64,000 nt of DNA from an uncultured Nitrospinota bacterium (GTDB lineage: Bacteria > Tectomicrobia > Entotheonellia > J063 > CAVPRW01), in the NCBI GenBank assembly GCA_963707985.1, contig CAVPRW010000022.1, positions 32,001 through 96,000 on the forward strand. Reading direction: 5' to 3'. This document shows positions 11,583-27,782 of the stretch, piece by piece. Position 1 is the first letter of the stretch. The number at the start of each line of letters is the position of its first letter. A program made the translations under genes and the position numbers. The notes beneath the pieces were generated by a model. It saw only the letters and a list, made by a program, of their open reading frames with translations, did not search any database and had not been told where the DNA came from.

Positions 11583-12222
11583 TGAGGAATTATCCACCTG
11601 GTGGGAACATGCTGCCGTCCACGAGGGTTCACGGGATACCAACGGTCGGTAGGGGAGCCCTCTACGGTGCAGTTCGAACCCTTCTGACGGGGTCCTCTCA
11701 TCGACAACGACGGTAGGAAACTGATCGCTCAGCGCTCATGCGGGAATCATAACTATCGCTTCGATCGCGATGACGAGAGCCTCGGGCACTCTCAGCCCTA
11801 CAGGAATAATCTTCGTCAGTCTGGCCAGCTCGAAGCCCTGTAGCGCCATTTTCTCCATCGCCATCAGTTTTGCACCTGATCGCCGACACGGCATCGACCT
11901 GAGCGCATGATACTGAATGGAACCATGAAAGTCCAGCCCTCCACAACCGGCGTGGGGCAGGTGCAGACAAGAGGAAGCAACGCTTCGGACGAACAGCCAA
12001 GCCTGCCTTGGCCATGAATGCCATGCCGAGATGCAGGGGTGCACCTGCGTTGTGGCCGACTCCAGGCTTGACTTCGACTGAAGGCAGAGTAAGATAGTCC
12101 TGGAGCTGGCATGAATCTGCGTTGTTCTCCAGCGTTGCACCCGATCGGGGAGGACCGCGCGCGAGAGGTCGCGGAGCAGCATGACGCCTCCTTCCTGAGC
12201 ATCCTTCCAAGGACCCCTGACT

Positions 12223-13476
12223 ATGGCGACCGTCAATGCGGAAATCGTTGCGATCGGCAGTGAGCTATTGCTCGGGCAAATCGTCGATACCAATTCAGCC
12301 TGGATGGCACAACGTTTGGCTGAAATCGGCGTTAATCTGTTTTACAAGACCATCGTCGGCGATAATGCCGGCCGTATGCGCGAGATCCTCAGCCGGGCAC
12401 TGGAGCGCTCCGACGTGGTGATCACCTCGGGTGGCATCGGCCCGACTGAGGATGATTTGACCCGGGAGATCGTCGCCGAGGTCACCGACCGAGAGCTGAT
12501 CCTCGACCCAACCTTGCTGCAACAGATCGAGGAACGGTTTCGCAGGCGCGGTTTCATCATGACCAAGAATAACGAAAAACAGGCCTATATCCCGGCGGGG
12601 TCTATTCCGGTTGAGAATCCCAACGGTACTGCACCCTCGTTCATCGTTGAAGACTCGAACGGTGTGATCATCTCCCTTCCCGGCGTCCCGTTCGAGATGA
12701 AGTGGTTGTTTGACCACCGCGTCATCCCGTATTTGCGGGACAAATTCGACCTGCGGGAGATGATCGTCTCGCGTGTTCTGAAGATCGCCGAGATCGGCGA
12801 GAGTAGCGTTGACGATCGCATCGGGCATCTGATTCGCCAATCGGCCAACCCGACCGTGGGTGTCCTGGCCCACCCTGGTCAGGTCGATGTGCGTATTTCG
12901 GTGAAGACAGACAGTGTCGAGAAAGCCGAGCAGCTGATCGCGCCAGTTGAGCAAGAGGTGCGCGCGGCGTTCGGGCATCACGTGTTCGCCATCGACAACG
13001 AGACGATGGAGGATGTGGTTGCGAAGCTATTGCAGGCCAAGGGTATGAGCATCGCGGTCCTCGAAGACCTGACCGGCGGCATGATCGCCCAGCACCTACA
13101 GCAAGCGGCACGGGAGTCGTTGGCCGAAGCGATGATCGCGCACACGGAGGAGCCGCTGCGCCGGGTCTTGCGGCACAGTCGACAACCAGAGCGAGTGGAG
13201 GAGCTACTGCAGGATGACGCAGCGCTGACTCAGGAGCTAGCGTATGGCATCCGCGTCCATAGCCATGCCGATCTCGGCTTGGCGGTGCGAGCCCTTCCCG
13301 ATCGCTCACGGACGACGCAAAATCTGTCCCCTGGCACGACCTACATGACAGTGGCCGACGCTCATGGCCTGCACAGCCGCGAGTACAACTTTGCCGGCCG
13401 GGGTAATCCTGATTTGACGCGCATCACTATGCACGCTTTGAACCTTGTGCGTCGCACGCTCGAAGGCACCGTATAG
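12223..13476 (+). CDS. cinA: CinA-family protein (MoCF-like N-terminal domain plus degenerate PncC-like C-terminal domain)
   Basis: IGSELLLGQIVDTN, GGIGPTEDDLT, NPNGTAP and LPGVPFEM motifs. Confidence 0.9.
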   Translation: MATVNAEIVAIGSELLLGQIVDTNSAWMAQRLAEIGVNLFYKTIVGDNAGRMREILSRALERSDVVITSGGIGPTEDDLTREIVAEVTDRELILDPTLLQQIEERFRRRGFIMTKNNEKQAYIPAGSIPVENPNGTAPSFIVEDSNGVIISLPGVPFEMKWLFDHRVIPYLRDKFDLREMIVSRVLKIAEIGESSVDDRIGHLIRQSANPTVGVLAHPGQVDVRISVKTDSVEKAEQLIAPVEQEVRAAFGHHVFAIDNETMEDVVAKLLQAKGMSIAVLEDLTGGMIAQHLQQAARESLAEAMIAHTEEPLRRVLRHSRQPERVEELLQDDAALTQELAYGIRVHSHADLGLAVRALPDRSRTTQNLSPGTTYMTVADAHGLHSREYNFAGRGNPDLTRITMHALNLVRRTLEGTV

Positions 13477-13642
13477 ACGCCTACACGCCGTCACGGAGAC
13501 CTTCTTGTGTGTCAGCGGGGGGTGAGATATACTCGGACTCGATCGTGAGCTCGACGCCCTCCAAGGCAGCAGGCCACGCGGTATGGCGTCACCACTGCCC
13601 GAGCTGGCGGACTAGGCGGTCTCATTGAGCCCCCACAAGGCA

Positions 13643-14191
13643 ATGCCCCCAAACACTGATGCAACCTTACCCGATTATCTGCCGGACCGTCCCGATATCC
13701 TGTTCGTCGGGATCAATCCTGGGAGCTACTCTGCACGGCAAGGACGCTACTATGCACGGGCCACAAACCGCTTTTGGTGGGCCCTGCATGCCTCCGGCCT
13801 GATTCCCCTCCCACTGTCACCGCAGGAGGATTGGCGCGTGATCGAGTTCGGCCTGGGGTTGACCGATCTGGTCAAACGCCCCACCAACAGTGCTGCGGAC
13901 GTGCGTGCTGACGAATTCGCCGCCGGACGACAGGTTCTGACCGAGAAGATCGCACGTGTACGGCCGTTGATCGTCTGTTTCAATGGTCTCACCGGCTATC
14001 AGCAGTTCTTTCAGGAACCCACTCAACCGGGACGGCAAACCCGTTGCCTGTGCGGCGCCTCGGTATTTGTTCTGCCCTCAACGAGCGCGCGGAACGCCGC
14101 CTACCCGCGTCACCTCGTTCTGGGATATTTTCGCGAGTTATGCGCCCTGCGCAACGAATTGCGTCATCGTCCGCCACGCCAGGAGATATAG
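13643..14191 (+). CDS. mug: Mismatch-specific uracil/thymine DNA glycosylase (start approximate)
   Basis: LFVGINPG, NRFW and LPSTS motifs. Confidence 0.92.
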   Translation: MPPNTDATLPDYLPDRPDILFVGINPGSYSARQGRYYARATNRFWWALHASGLIPLPLSPQEDWRVIEFGLGLTDLVKRPTNSAADVRADEFAAGRQVLTEKIARVRPLIVCFNGLTGYQQFFQEPTQPGRQTRCLCGASVFVLPSTSARNAAYPRHLVLGYFRELCALRNELRHRPPRQEI

Positions 14192-14193
14192 CC

Positions 14194-15759
14194 ATGGACC
14201 TGCAACAAATCCTTGAACACGCGGAACGATTTTATCCCCATCGCACCGCGGTCGTATGCGGCACCACGCACTTCTCGTATCGCCGCCTGACCGAGCGCGT
14301 CCACCGCTTGTGCCATGCCTTGCATGGGCTGGGAATTGCCAAGGGTGACCGACTGGCCATCCTGATGTTCAATTGTCACCGCTATTTCGAGCTCTATTAC
14401 GCCACTCCGCAAACGGGAACGCTGGCCGTCCCGCTCAATGTTCGCCTGTCGGCCAGCGAGATCGCCTATATCCTGAAGGATTCCGGCAGCAACACTCTCT
14501 TCGTGGGTCCGGAGTTCCTACCGTTGCTGGCGGAGATCCGTGCTCAGTTGCCTGCCCTGCAACATTGCATCTTTACTGGCGAAGGGCCGCCCCCCGAGGG
14601 TTTTCACAGCTATGAGCATCTGCTTGACGCCGCTCCAGCTGATTTCCCTCCAACCGCTGTCGCGCCGGACGATCTCGCGGCCCTATTTTATACCAGCGGC
14701 ACCACGGGGCATCCCAAGGGCGTCATGTTGTCGCACGCCAACCTACTCGCCAATGCCCATCATGTCCTGGCGAGCATGGACTGGCGGGTGGGGGAAGTGT
14801 ACCTCCATGCCTGCCCGATGTTTCATATCGCTGACGGTCCGACCAGTCATTTCATTACCTGGCTCGGTGGCACGCATGTGATCATACCGGCTTTCAGGCC
14901 CGACCTCGCCCTGGAGGTTATGGAGCGCGAGCGCGTCACGGCCACGTTGCTCATCCCCACAATGATCAATTTTCTCATTCATCACCCGGATGTCAAGGCT
15001 CGCGACTTGAACACCCTGCGCTATATCGCCTATGGTGGCGCACCGATGCCGGCGGAATTGGCACGACAGGCCATGCAAACGCTGAGCTGCAGCTTTATTC
15101 ATGTCTATGGCTTGACAGAGTCCTCTCCACTACTGACTTTCTTGCCGCCGGAGGAGCATGTGGCCGACGGCCCGCCTGAGAAAGTGCGCCGGCTGCTCTC
15201 CTGTGGACGCGAGATAATCGGCGTGCGGGTGCGGGTAGTCAATCCCGAGGGGCGAGAAGTCGCGCCGGGTGAGGTGGGGGAGATCATCGCCAAAGGCCCG
15301 AACAACATGGTGGGGTACTGGAACAAACCGCAGGAGACGGCTGATGCTCTGCGTGATGGCTGGCTCTATACCGGCGATCTGGCGACGGTCGACGACGAGG
15401 GGTACATCTATATTGTCGATCGCAAGAAAGATATGATCATCACCGGCGGCGAAAACGTCTTCTCGACCGAAGTAGAAAATGCCTTGTATACCCATCCGGC
15501 GATCCTGGAGGCGGCGGTGGTGGGCGTGCCGGATGCCACCTGGGGTGAGGCCATTAAGGCGATCGTCGTGCTCAAGCCGGATATGCAGGCCAGTGCCGAG
15601 GACATTATGGAGCACTGCCGCAGTCATATCGCCCATTTCAAAGTGCCGCGCTCGGTAGATTTTTACGCAGGGGCCCTACCCAAAAGCGGCTCTGGAAAGA
15701 TTCTTAAACGCGAGCTACGCGAGAAGTTTTGGACGGGACAGGAGCGGATGGTGCATTGA
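14194..15759 (+). CDS. Long-chain fatty-acid-CoA ligase
   Basis: YTSGTTGHPKG, YGLTE, WLYTGD, DRKKDMIITGGENV and SGKILK motifs; AGGAG RBS. Confidence 0.95.
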   Translation: MDLQQILEHAERFYPHRTAVVCGTTHFSYRRLTERVHRLCHALHGLGIAKGDRLAILMFNCHRYFELYYATPQTGTLAVPLNVRLSASEIAYILKDSGSNTLFVGPEFLPLLAEIRAQLPALQHCIFTGEGPPPEGFHSYEHLLDAAPADFPPTAVAPDDLAALFYTSGTTGHPKGVMLSHANLLANAHHVLASMDWRVGEVYLHACPMFHIADGPTSHFITWLGGTHVIIPAFRPDLALEVMERERVTATLLIPTMINFLIHHPDVKARDLNTLRYIAYGGAPMPAELARQAMQTLSCSFIHVYGLTESSPLLTFLPPEEHVADGPPEKVRRLLSCGREIIGVRVRVVNPEGREVAPGEVGEIIAKGPNNMVGYWNKPQETADALRDGWLYTGDLATVDDEGYIYIVDRKKDMIITGGENVFSTEVENALYTHPAILEAAVVGVPDATWGEAIKAIVVLKPDMQASAEDIMEHCRSHIAHFKVPRSVDFYAGALPKSGSGKILKRELREKFWTGQERMVH

Positions 15760-15847
15760 TCAAGGGAGGTCGCCAACCCCTTCGTGGGAAGGCGCATGCC
15801 TCATGGGCACTGTCAGAGTATATTTTCCGTGTGAGGAGGGACCAACG

Positions 15848-16486
15848 ATGGCAACGCAGGGTAAAGGTTTACTCGCCGTGTGGACTGACATCCCAGCGCA
15901 CATCGAAGCGGATTTCAACCGCTGGTACGACGAGGAGCACCTGCCGGAGCGCTCCGGTATTCCAGGATTTTTGAATGCGCGCCGGTATGTATCGTTGCAA
16001 GGTACCCCGAAGTATCTGGCGCTCTACGATACCATTGATGCTCAGGTACTGCAGAGCGACCCCTACCTCAAGGTCCTGGGCAATTCGACCCCCTGGACAC
16101 AGCGCATCCGCCCGCACTTTCAGAATTTTGTCCGAAACGAGTATGAATTGATCCTGACTCTTGGCACTATTCCTGAGCAGGCATCGCCATCTGTGCTGCT
16201 CGTCCGTATGGGCATATCCCCCGAGCACGAAGACGAGTTCAATGACTGGTACAACACCGATCATGTCCCCGCCCTGACCGGTGTGTCCGGGGTTTATGGG
16301 GCCAGACGCTACCGCGCTACGGCCGGCTCCCCCACGTACCTGGCGATGTACGAGCTGGCTCATGCGGACGTACGGACGAGCGATGCCTGGAGGAAAGCCG
16401 CCGATTCCCCCTGGACCCTGCGCCTGCGCCGCCTCTATCGAGACTTTGCCGCAACTGTTGGCCAACTCATCAAAGCTATGCCGTAG
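15848..16486 (+). CDS. Tandem dimeric alpha/beta-barrel protein (EthD/DUF4286-like)
   Basis: Duplicated motif FN.WY..[ED]H.P....PG...ARRY....Y.A.Y. Confidence 0.7.
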   Translation: MATQGKGLLAVWTDIPAHIEADFNRWYDEEHLPERSGIPGFLNARRYVSLQGTPKYLALYDTIDAQVLQSDPYLKVLGNSTPWTQRIRPHFQNFVRNEYELILTLGTIPEQASPSVLLVRMGISPEHEDEFNDWYNTDHVPALTGVSGVYGARRYRATAGSPTYLAMYELAHADVRTSDAWRKAADSPWTLRLRRLYRDFAATVGQLIKAMP

Positions 16487-16618
16487 TGGGGGGGAGGAGG
16501 AATTCACCAACCCTTGCGAGGTTGAAAGTGCCCGCCCGTCAGTACGCGAGATGACTTGACAAGCCAGGAGGGGGTGTCTAGAATCGCCTCTGGTGATCTT
16601 CCCTCCATGTGAGGGTAA

Positions 16619-17593
<975 letters not shown>

Positions 17594-17703
17594 GATTGGT
17601 ATCACGCCATCGAGACGCGTGGACCGAGTGATCCGAATGGCAACATGGATCGACGCTCAGTCCCGAGTTCGCTTGACTCGCTACCGTCTTTTTAGGGGCC
17701 TCC

Positions 17704-18882
17704 ATGAAAATTCACGAGTATCAGGCCAAGGCGATCCTGGCCGAATATGGCATCCCGGTGCCGAAAGGGGAGGTGGCCCACACCCCGGCAGAAGTGGCCG
17801 CGATCGCCCAACGTGTGGGTGGCCGTGTGGTCGTCAAGGCGCAAATTCATGCTGGCGGCCGCGGGCAGGGAGGTGGCGTCAAGCTTGCCGATTCCCCTTC
17901 GCAGGCGGCAGAGGTCGGGGCGAAGATTCTCGGCATGACACTGGTCACGCCACAAACCGGCCGCGAAGGGCGCCTCGTGCGTCTGGTGCTGGTCGAGGAA
18001 GCCCTGGATATTGCGCGTGAGTTGTATGTGAGCGTGACGGTCGATCGCGAGCGGAATTCCGCCGTCATGATCGCTAGCGAAGCGGGTGGTGTGGCCATCG
18101 AAGAGGTGGCAGAGAGTACGCCCGAGAAAATCCTTAAAGAGTGGATCGATCCTCTGCTCGGCCTCCGCCCTTTTCAAGCCAGACGCTTGGCGTATGCTCT
18201 GCACCTCGCGCCAGAGCAATCGTCGCAAGCCATTGCCCTGATGCAGGGCCTGTATCGCGCCTTCCTGGATAAGGATTGTTCGCTGGCTGAGATCAATCCA
18301 CTGATCGTGACCCGTCAGGGCCACCTGCTGGCGCTCGATGCCAAGCTGGAGCTCGATGATAACGGCCTCTTCCGACACCCTGAGTTACAGGAGTTGCGGG
18401 ATATGGGGGAAGAGAACCCATTCGAGGTCGAGGCCTCCAAGTATCGCCTCAACTACATCAAACTCGATGGCAATGTCAGTTGCATCGTCAATGGGGCCGG
18501 CCTGGCGATGGCAACCATGGACATCGTCAAGCTGGCAGGTGCGGAACCAGCCAATTTCCTGGATGTTGGCGGTGGCGCCAGTGCCGAAACGGTTGAGAAC
18601 GCCTTTCGCATCCTGCTCATGGACCCCAACGTACGAGCGGTGTTGATCAACGTGTTTGGTGGCATCTTGCGCTGTGATGTCTTTGCCCAGGGGGTCGTGC
18701 AAGCCGTGAAAAACGTGCAGGTGGAGCTCCCTGTGGTCGTCCGTATGGAGGGCACGAACGTCGAGCGGGGGCGTGAGTTGCTGCAAGAATCCGGATTAAA
18801 CTTCATCGTGGCTGATAACATGCGAGATGCGGCTGACAAGGTGGTGGCAGCGCTAGGCAGCGGCGGAGGGCGTGCGGCATGA
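17704..18882 (+). CDS. sucC: Succinyl-CoA synthetase beta subunit
   Basis: [19 protein letters not shown] and [11 protein letters not shown] motifs. Confidence 0.98.
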   Translation: MKIHEYQAKAILAEYGIPVPKGEVAHTPAEVAAIAQRVGGRVVVKAQIHAGGRGQGGGVKLADSPSQAAEVGAKILGMTLVTPQTGREGRLVRLVLVEEALDIARELYVSVTVDRERNSAVMIASEAGGVAIEEVAESTPEKILKEWIDPLLGLRPFQARRLAYALHLAPEQSSQAIALMQGLYRAFLDKDCSLAEINPLIVTRQGHLLALDAKLELDDNGLFRHPELQELRDMGEENPFEVEASKYRLNYIKLDGNVSCIVNGAGLAMATMDIVKLAGAEPANFLDVGGGASAETVENAFRILLMDPNVRAVLINVFGGILRCDVFAQGVVQAVKNVQVELPVVVRMEGTNVERGRELLQESGLNFIVADNMRDAADKVVAALGSGGGRAA

Positions 18883-19775
18883 GTATTCTCGTGGATGCCC
18901 AGACTCGACTGCTCGTGCAAGGCATCACCGGCCGCGAGGGCACGTTTCACACCGAACAGGCGATTGCCTATGGGACTCACGTGGTGGCAGGAGTGGTGCC
19001 GGGACAGGGGGGCAACACGCATTTGGGCGTGCCGGTGTTCAATACGGTCGAACAAGCCGTACGGGCGACCGACGCCAACACATCGGTCATATATGTGCCC
19101 GCCCGCTTCGCCACCGATGCCATTCTGGAGGCGATCGACGCCGGTCTTGCCCTAGTCGTCTGTATCACCGAGGGAATTCCCGTCAACGATATGCTCATCG
19201 TGAAACGGCACTTGCAGGGCAAGCCGACTCGGCTCATCGGCCCCAATTGCCCAGGTGTCATCTCCCCAGGAACATGCAAGATCGGCATTATGCCGGGGCA
19301 TATCCATAAACCGGGTCATGTGGGGGTGATTTCGCGTAGCGGCACTCTTACCTATGAGCTCGTGTGGCAGTTGACGCAGTTGGGAATCGGGCAATCCACC
19401 TGTGTGGGGATCGGCGGCGACCCCATCATCGGCATGCAGTTCATCGATTGTTTGCAACTGTTCCAAGATGACCCCGACACGCATGTCATCGCCATGATCG
19501 GCGAGATCGGGGGCAACGCCGAGGAGCGCGCCGCAGCCTATATCAAAGCGCATGTCCAGAAACCTGTGGTCGGATACATCGCGGGCCAGACGGCGCCTCC
19601 GGGTCGGCGTATGGGGCATGCGGGGGCGATTATCTCGGGTGGTCAGGGCACGGCGGCCGGGAAGATGGCGGCCATGGAAGCAGCCGGTATCCGGGTCTGT
19701 CGCAGTCCGGCGGATATCGGGCATGGGGTGGCGGCAACGATAGAGATGCTTGCAGCGAAAGGCGGAGAGCGGTGA
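18879..19775 (+). CDS. sucD: Succinyl-CoA synthetase alpha subunit
   Basis: QGITG, IGPNCPG and RRMGHAGA (phospho-His) motifs. Confidence 0.98.
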   Translation: MSILVDAQTRLLVQGITGREGTFHTEQAIAYGTHVVAGVVPGQGGNTHLGVPVFNTVEQAVRATDANTSVIYVPARFATDAILEAIDAGLALVVCITEGIPVNDMLIVKRHLQGKPTRLIGPNCPGVISPGTCKIGIMPGHIHKPGHVGVISRSGTLTYELVWQLTQLGIGQSTCVGIGGDPIIGMQFIDCLQLFQDDPDTHVIAMIGEIGGNAEERAAAYIKAHVQKPVVGYIAGQTAPPGRRMGHAGAIISGGQGTAAGKMAAMEAAGIRVCRSPADIGHGVAATIEMLAAKGGER

Positions 19776-20188
19776 TCGAACAAACACTGGCGATTATTAA
19801 GCCCGATGCGGTGAGTCGCGGCCTGATCGGGAAGATTCTGGCACGCATTGAAGAGCAGGGCTTCCGTGTACGTGCCCTGAGAATGGTACAGCTGAGCAAA
19901 CAGACGGCCCAGGCGTTCTATCAGGTGCATGCCGAGCGTCCGTTCTATGAGAGTCTGACCACGTATATGTCATCTGGCCCAGTGGTACCGATGCTCCTCG
20001 AACGGGAGAGTGCCATCCAGAGCTTACGCGAGTTGATGGGCGCCACCAATCCTGAGCAGGCCGCAGCTGGCACGATTCGTCGCGACTACGGAGAAAATAT
20101 CGAGCGCAATGCCATCCATGGCTCAGATGCTGCGGCCACTGCCTCCGTGGAGATTGCCTTCTTTTTTAGCCATTTCGAGCGGGTTTGA
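19772..20188 (+). CDS. ndk: Nucleoside diphosphate kinase
   Basis: [15 protein letters not shown] and NAIHGSD motifs. Confidence 0.98.
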   Translation: MIEQTLAIIKPDAVSRGLIGKILARIEEQGFRVRALRMVQLSKQTAQAFYQVHAERPFYESLTTYMSSGPVVPMLLERESAIQSLRELMGATNPEQAAAGTIRRDYGENIERNAIHGSDAAATASVEIAFFFSHFERV

Positions 20189-20269
20189 CCTCCATTCTCC
20201 TCCACCATAGGCAACAGAGTATCCTCGATCGCATCCAGGAGCGGACGCAGCCCCGGCCCGGGGACAATT

Positions 20270-21060
20270 GGCCTCTGCAGAGCTGTATACAGCTTTCCCA
20301 TAGACTGCGGTTGGTCGCAGTAGACGTTGATCTCGTAGGTGACCGCGAAGTCACCCAGCGACTTTTGCAGCACGAACGGCGGCGGTTGCTTGAGCAACCC
20401 CGGCGTGCGATCCGCGGCCGCCAGCAACATCGCCTCGACCTGGCGCCAGGGGGTTTCGTAGCCGATGCCAACCGTTGTGTACAGGATCAGCCCCTGGTTT
20501 CGGGCCAGGGTGCTGTAGTTGATGATATTGTTGCTGAGGATCTCCGAGTTCGGCACGACGATGTCTTCGTTTTTCGGCGTGCACAGGTGCGTGACGAGCA
20601 AGCGGATTTCCATCACGTCGCCGATGTGTTCCCCGTTTTTGACCCGATCGCCAATCCGGAAAGCGCGCCGGTACGTCATGGTGTAGCCGGCGATGACATT
20701 GGCGATCACCAGGGACGACCCGAGCGAAAAGATCACACCCCAAAAAATCGTCACACCTTTGAACGCCTCCATACCCGACCCCGAGATGTGTGGATAGGCC
20801 ACCACCACCGCGAAGACGAGGACAAGGAGCCGCACGAGCCGGTGGGTGGGCAGGGCCCACGTGCGATCGAATCCAATCAATGCGACTGTTCCTCCCGCCA
20901 CACTGGTGAAGAACAGCCGCATGAGCTTGAGCACGTAACGCGTGATGACGACCAGGATGCCGATGAACACGCCATTGGGAATGGCGCTGAGGAGCCCCTC
21001 GCTCATGGTACGCAGGGGGTCGACCAGGATGGTTAACAAGCGCTCGGCGAGCGGCCGCGG
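20270..21060 (-). pseudogene. Internal fragment of an MscS-family mechanosensitive channel
   Basis: RAFRIGDRV, VVPNS, VGIGYETPWRQV and LGDFAVTYEIN motifs; no plausible N-terminus, and after LYTALQR the frame runs into unrelated sequence antisense to ndk. Confidence 0.75.
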
Positions 21061-21387
21061 TGGGGGAGTTTCTCGCTGTCGACGACCCCGAAGATCAGGC
21101 TCCTGCCCATCGACCGGCTGGAGGGTTTCTATCGAAACGATGCCCGCCTCTACCGCCTCTCCTGTGTCCTAGTCCAGGTCAACCAAGCCGTTCTTCCGGC
21201 CTGATTCTGTATAGCCGGGAATCCCTAAACCAACACCTCAAGCAGCCATCTGGCCGGGTTTGGCGCTAATCGCCTCTCTACACCTCGGAAATGTAATGGA
21301 TAATAACTGCGAATAACTGTAAAATGAGACGCTTGATAGAAGGAATGCTGGGTCGAACTTAGCCTGAAGAGCAAAGAGGTACACCCG

Positions 21388-21593
21388 ATGGATGAAAACC
21401 CAAGCGATGTCCTCACCATCGCAGAGTTGGCCGCTTACCTAAAGATACCGAAGTCGACGCTCTACAAGGTCGTTCGGGAAGGCAAGATCCCCTCCCAGAA
21501 GGTTGGCCGGCACTGGCGTTTCCGGAAAGGAGCCATTGACCATTGGCTCGCGGAAACGCCGGCGAACGAGCCCGGTTTAGGAGGAGATCGATA

Positions 21594-21594
<1 letters not shown>
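21388..21594 (+). CDS. Excisionase/BldC-like HTH_17 DNA-binding protein
   Basis: VLTIAELAAYLKIPKSTLYKVVREGKIPSQKVGRHWRF; its TAA overlaps the next ATG (TAATG). Confidence 0.9.
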
Positions 21595-25841
<4,247 letters not shown>

Positions 25842-25845
25842 TGAG

Positions 25846-27665
25846 ATGAATCAGGATGAACTGATAGCCGGATCAGCAAGTACGAATGGAATGATGTCGA
25901 GTTTAAGAAAGCCCAGCGTGGCGTACCGGATGCCACATATGAGAGCGTCTCTGCGTTCGCAAACACCGCGGGGGGATATCTTGTCTTCGGCGTCGAGGAC
26001 AACCGGGGATCTTTCGAAATCGTCGGGGTAATCGAAGTCGATAAGGTTCAGAACGAATTTCTGAGTTGCTTGCGTGCCGGCGGGAAGCTCAATCGCCTGA
26101 TTTCCGTTCAAGAAAGCACGGTGGAGCATGAAGGCAAGACGTTGTTGGTTTTCCATGTGCCCGAAGCGCGACGCAAAGACAAACCGATCTACCTCAACGG
26201 CGATATCAGAAAATCATACATCCGGCGAGGGGGCGGCGATGAACGGTGCACCGGGCCCGAGATTGAACGCTTTCTTCGCGATGCGGCGGACACCACATAC
26301 GATAACGATGTCGTGTCCGATCTGGATGCTGAGGATTTTTTCGACCCAGCGTCGGTCGCATGGTATCGCCGCGTGCTTCAAGAGAAACAAGGCAATCGCC
26401 ATGCTGACCTGAACGATGTCGAGTTTCTCAACGAATGGGGATTCGTTGTCGAATGGGACCACGCCCTGCGGCCCACGCGCGCTGCTGTCTTACTTTTCGG
26501 GAAGGCGAGGCTCTTGCGCAACCTGTTGCCGCGCGGCGTGGTCGATTACCAGCGCATCGATATGGTATTCGACCTATGGACACCGGAGCGCCGATGGAAC
26601 GACCGGGTGGTTCTGGAAGAAAACATTATCCAGGCATGGCAGGTTCTGATCGAGAAATTTTTTCGTCTATCCGAGAGACCCTTCTCAGTCGATGTCGCAA
26701 CCTTGCGCCGGCATGATGATCCGCCGGACTACATATCCTTCCGTGAAGCCGCCATCAACCTGCTTATCCATCAGGACTTCGGTGACCAAACAAGAAAGCC
26801 GGTCATTAAGATATTCTCGGACCGCACAGTTTTTTGGAATCCTGGGGATGCTTTCCTCACCGTGGACCAGCTTTTGGACCCGACCGAGAAGGAAGTCCGC
26901 AATCCTGCCATTGTTGCGGCTTTTCGACGAATCGGCCTGAGCGATCAGGCAGGCACCGGCGTTCGTTCGATTTTTGGCAATTGGCGACAGTTGGGATTTG
27001 TTCCGCCAAGCATCGTCAATAACAAGGGGGAAAAGACCTTTGAAATCACGTTACTTAGGGAAACGTTGTTGACTGATGAACAACGGCTCTTTCAGGCCCA
27101 ATTGGGCGTGCGGCTCACCGATCAAGAAGCATCCGTCTTTGCGTATGCCTGCCGTGCAGGTGCGGTCGGCATTACCGATGCCAAGGCGGTGATTGGGCGC
27201 GGGGAGCGAGAAGCCGAACAGGTTTTGGATCACTTGGTCACTCAGACACTCCTTGCGGTTGTGGAGGCCCGAGTGCGCTGGGGGCTAGCGCCCCATCTCC
27301 AGGACCGCTTTGTTCCAAGTGACCAAGCTCCTACCCTGGCCGATGACTTGGTCACTGACCAACCTGTTCCATCCTCGGTCAGCTTGGTCACTCCGAGACT
27401 GACCAAGCTGACCCAACACCAACGAACGATTATGGGTCTTTGTGAGGTGCCGCGATCCCAGGCAGACCTGATGAAGACTCTAGGTCTGTCCCATCGTACT
27501 TTTTTCCGTCGCAAGCACTTGGAGCCCTTGATGAAGGCTAATCTGGTGCGGATGACATACCCCGAAGAACCCAACCATCCGAGCCAGGCATATGTCGTTA
27601 CAGAAGCTGGCCTCGGGCTTCTCATCTCCTGGAAAGCGGATACTGACGGCGGAGAAAAGTCGTGA
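25846..27665 (+). CDS. Schlafen/AlbA_2 + HATPase_c_4 + HTH protein (one frameshift near 25870)
   Basis: N-terminal VEFKKA...[36 protein letters not shown]...F..IG..DQAGTG; C-terminal HTH-like region ending PNHPSQAY. Confidence 0.82.
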
Positions 27666-27782
27666 ACAAGTGATCAACGCAGTTGGGCATATCAGGTTCG
27701 CTATTCGATTTGTACACTGCGCAAGTTCGTCCCGGTGGCCGCAAGTTGGTCACTGCCAGAACCCCCAAGAAGAAGGAAGCGT

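Noticed and set aside
11650..12220. Overlapping ORFs between the MFS gene and cinA
   Set aside because: No recognisable domain or RBS; probably a divergent promoter region or decayed DNA
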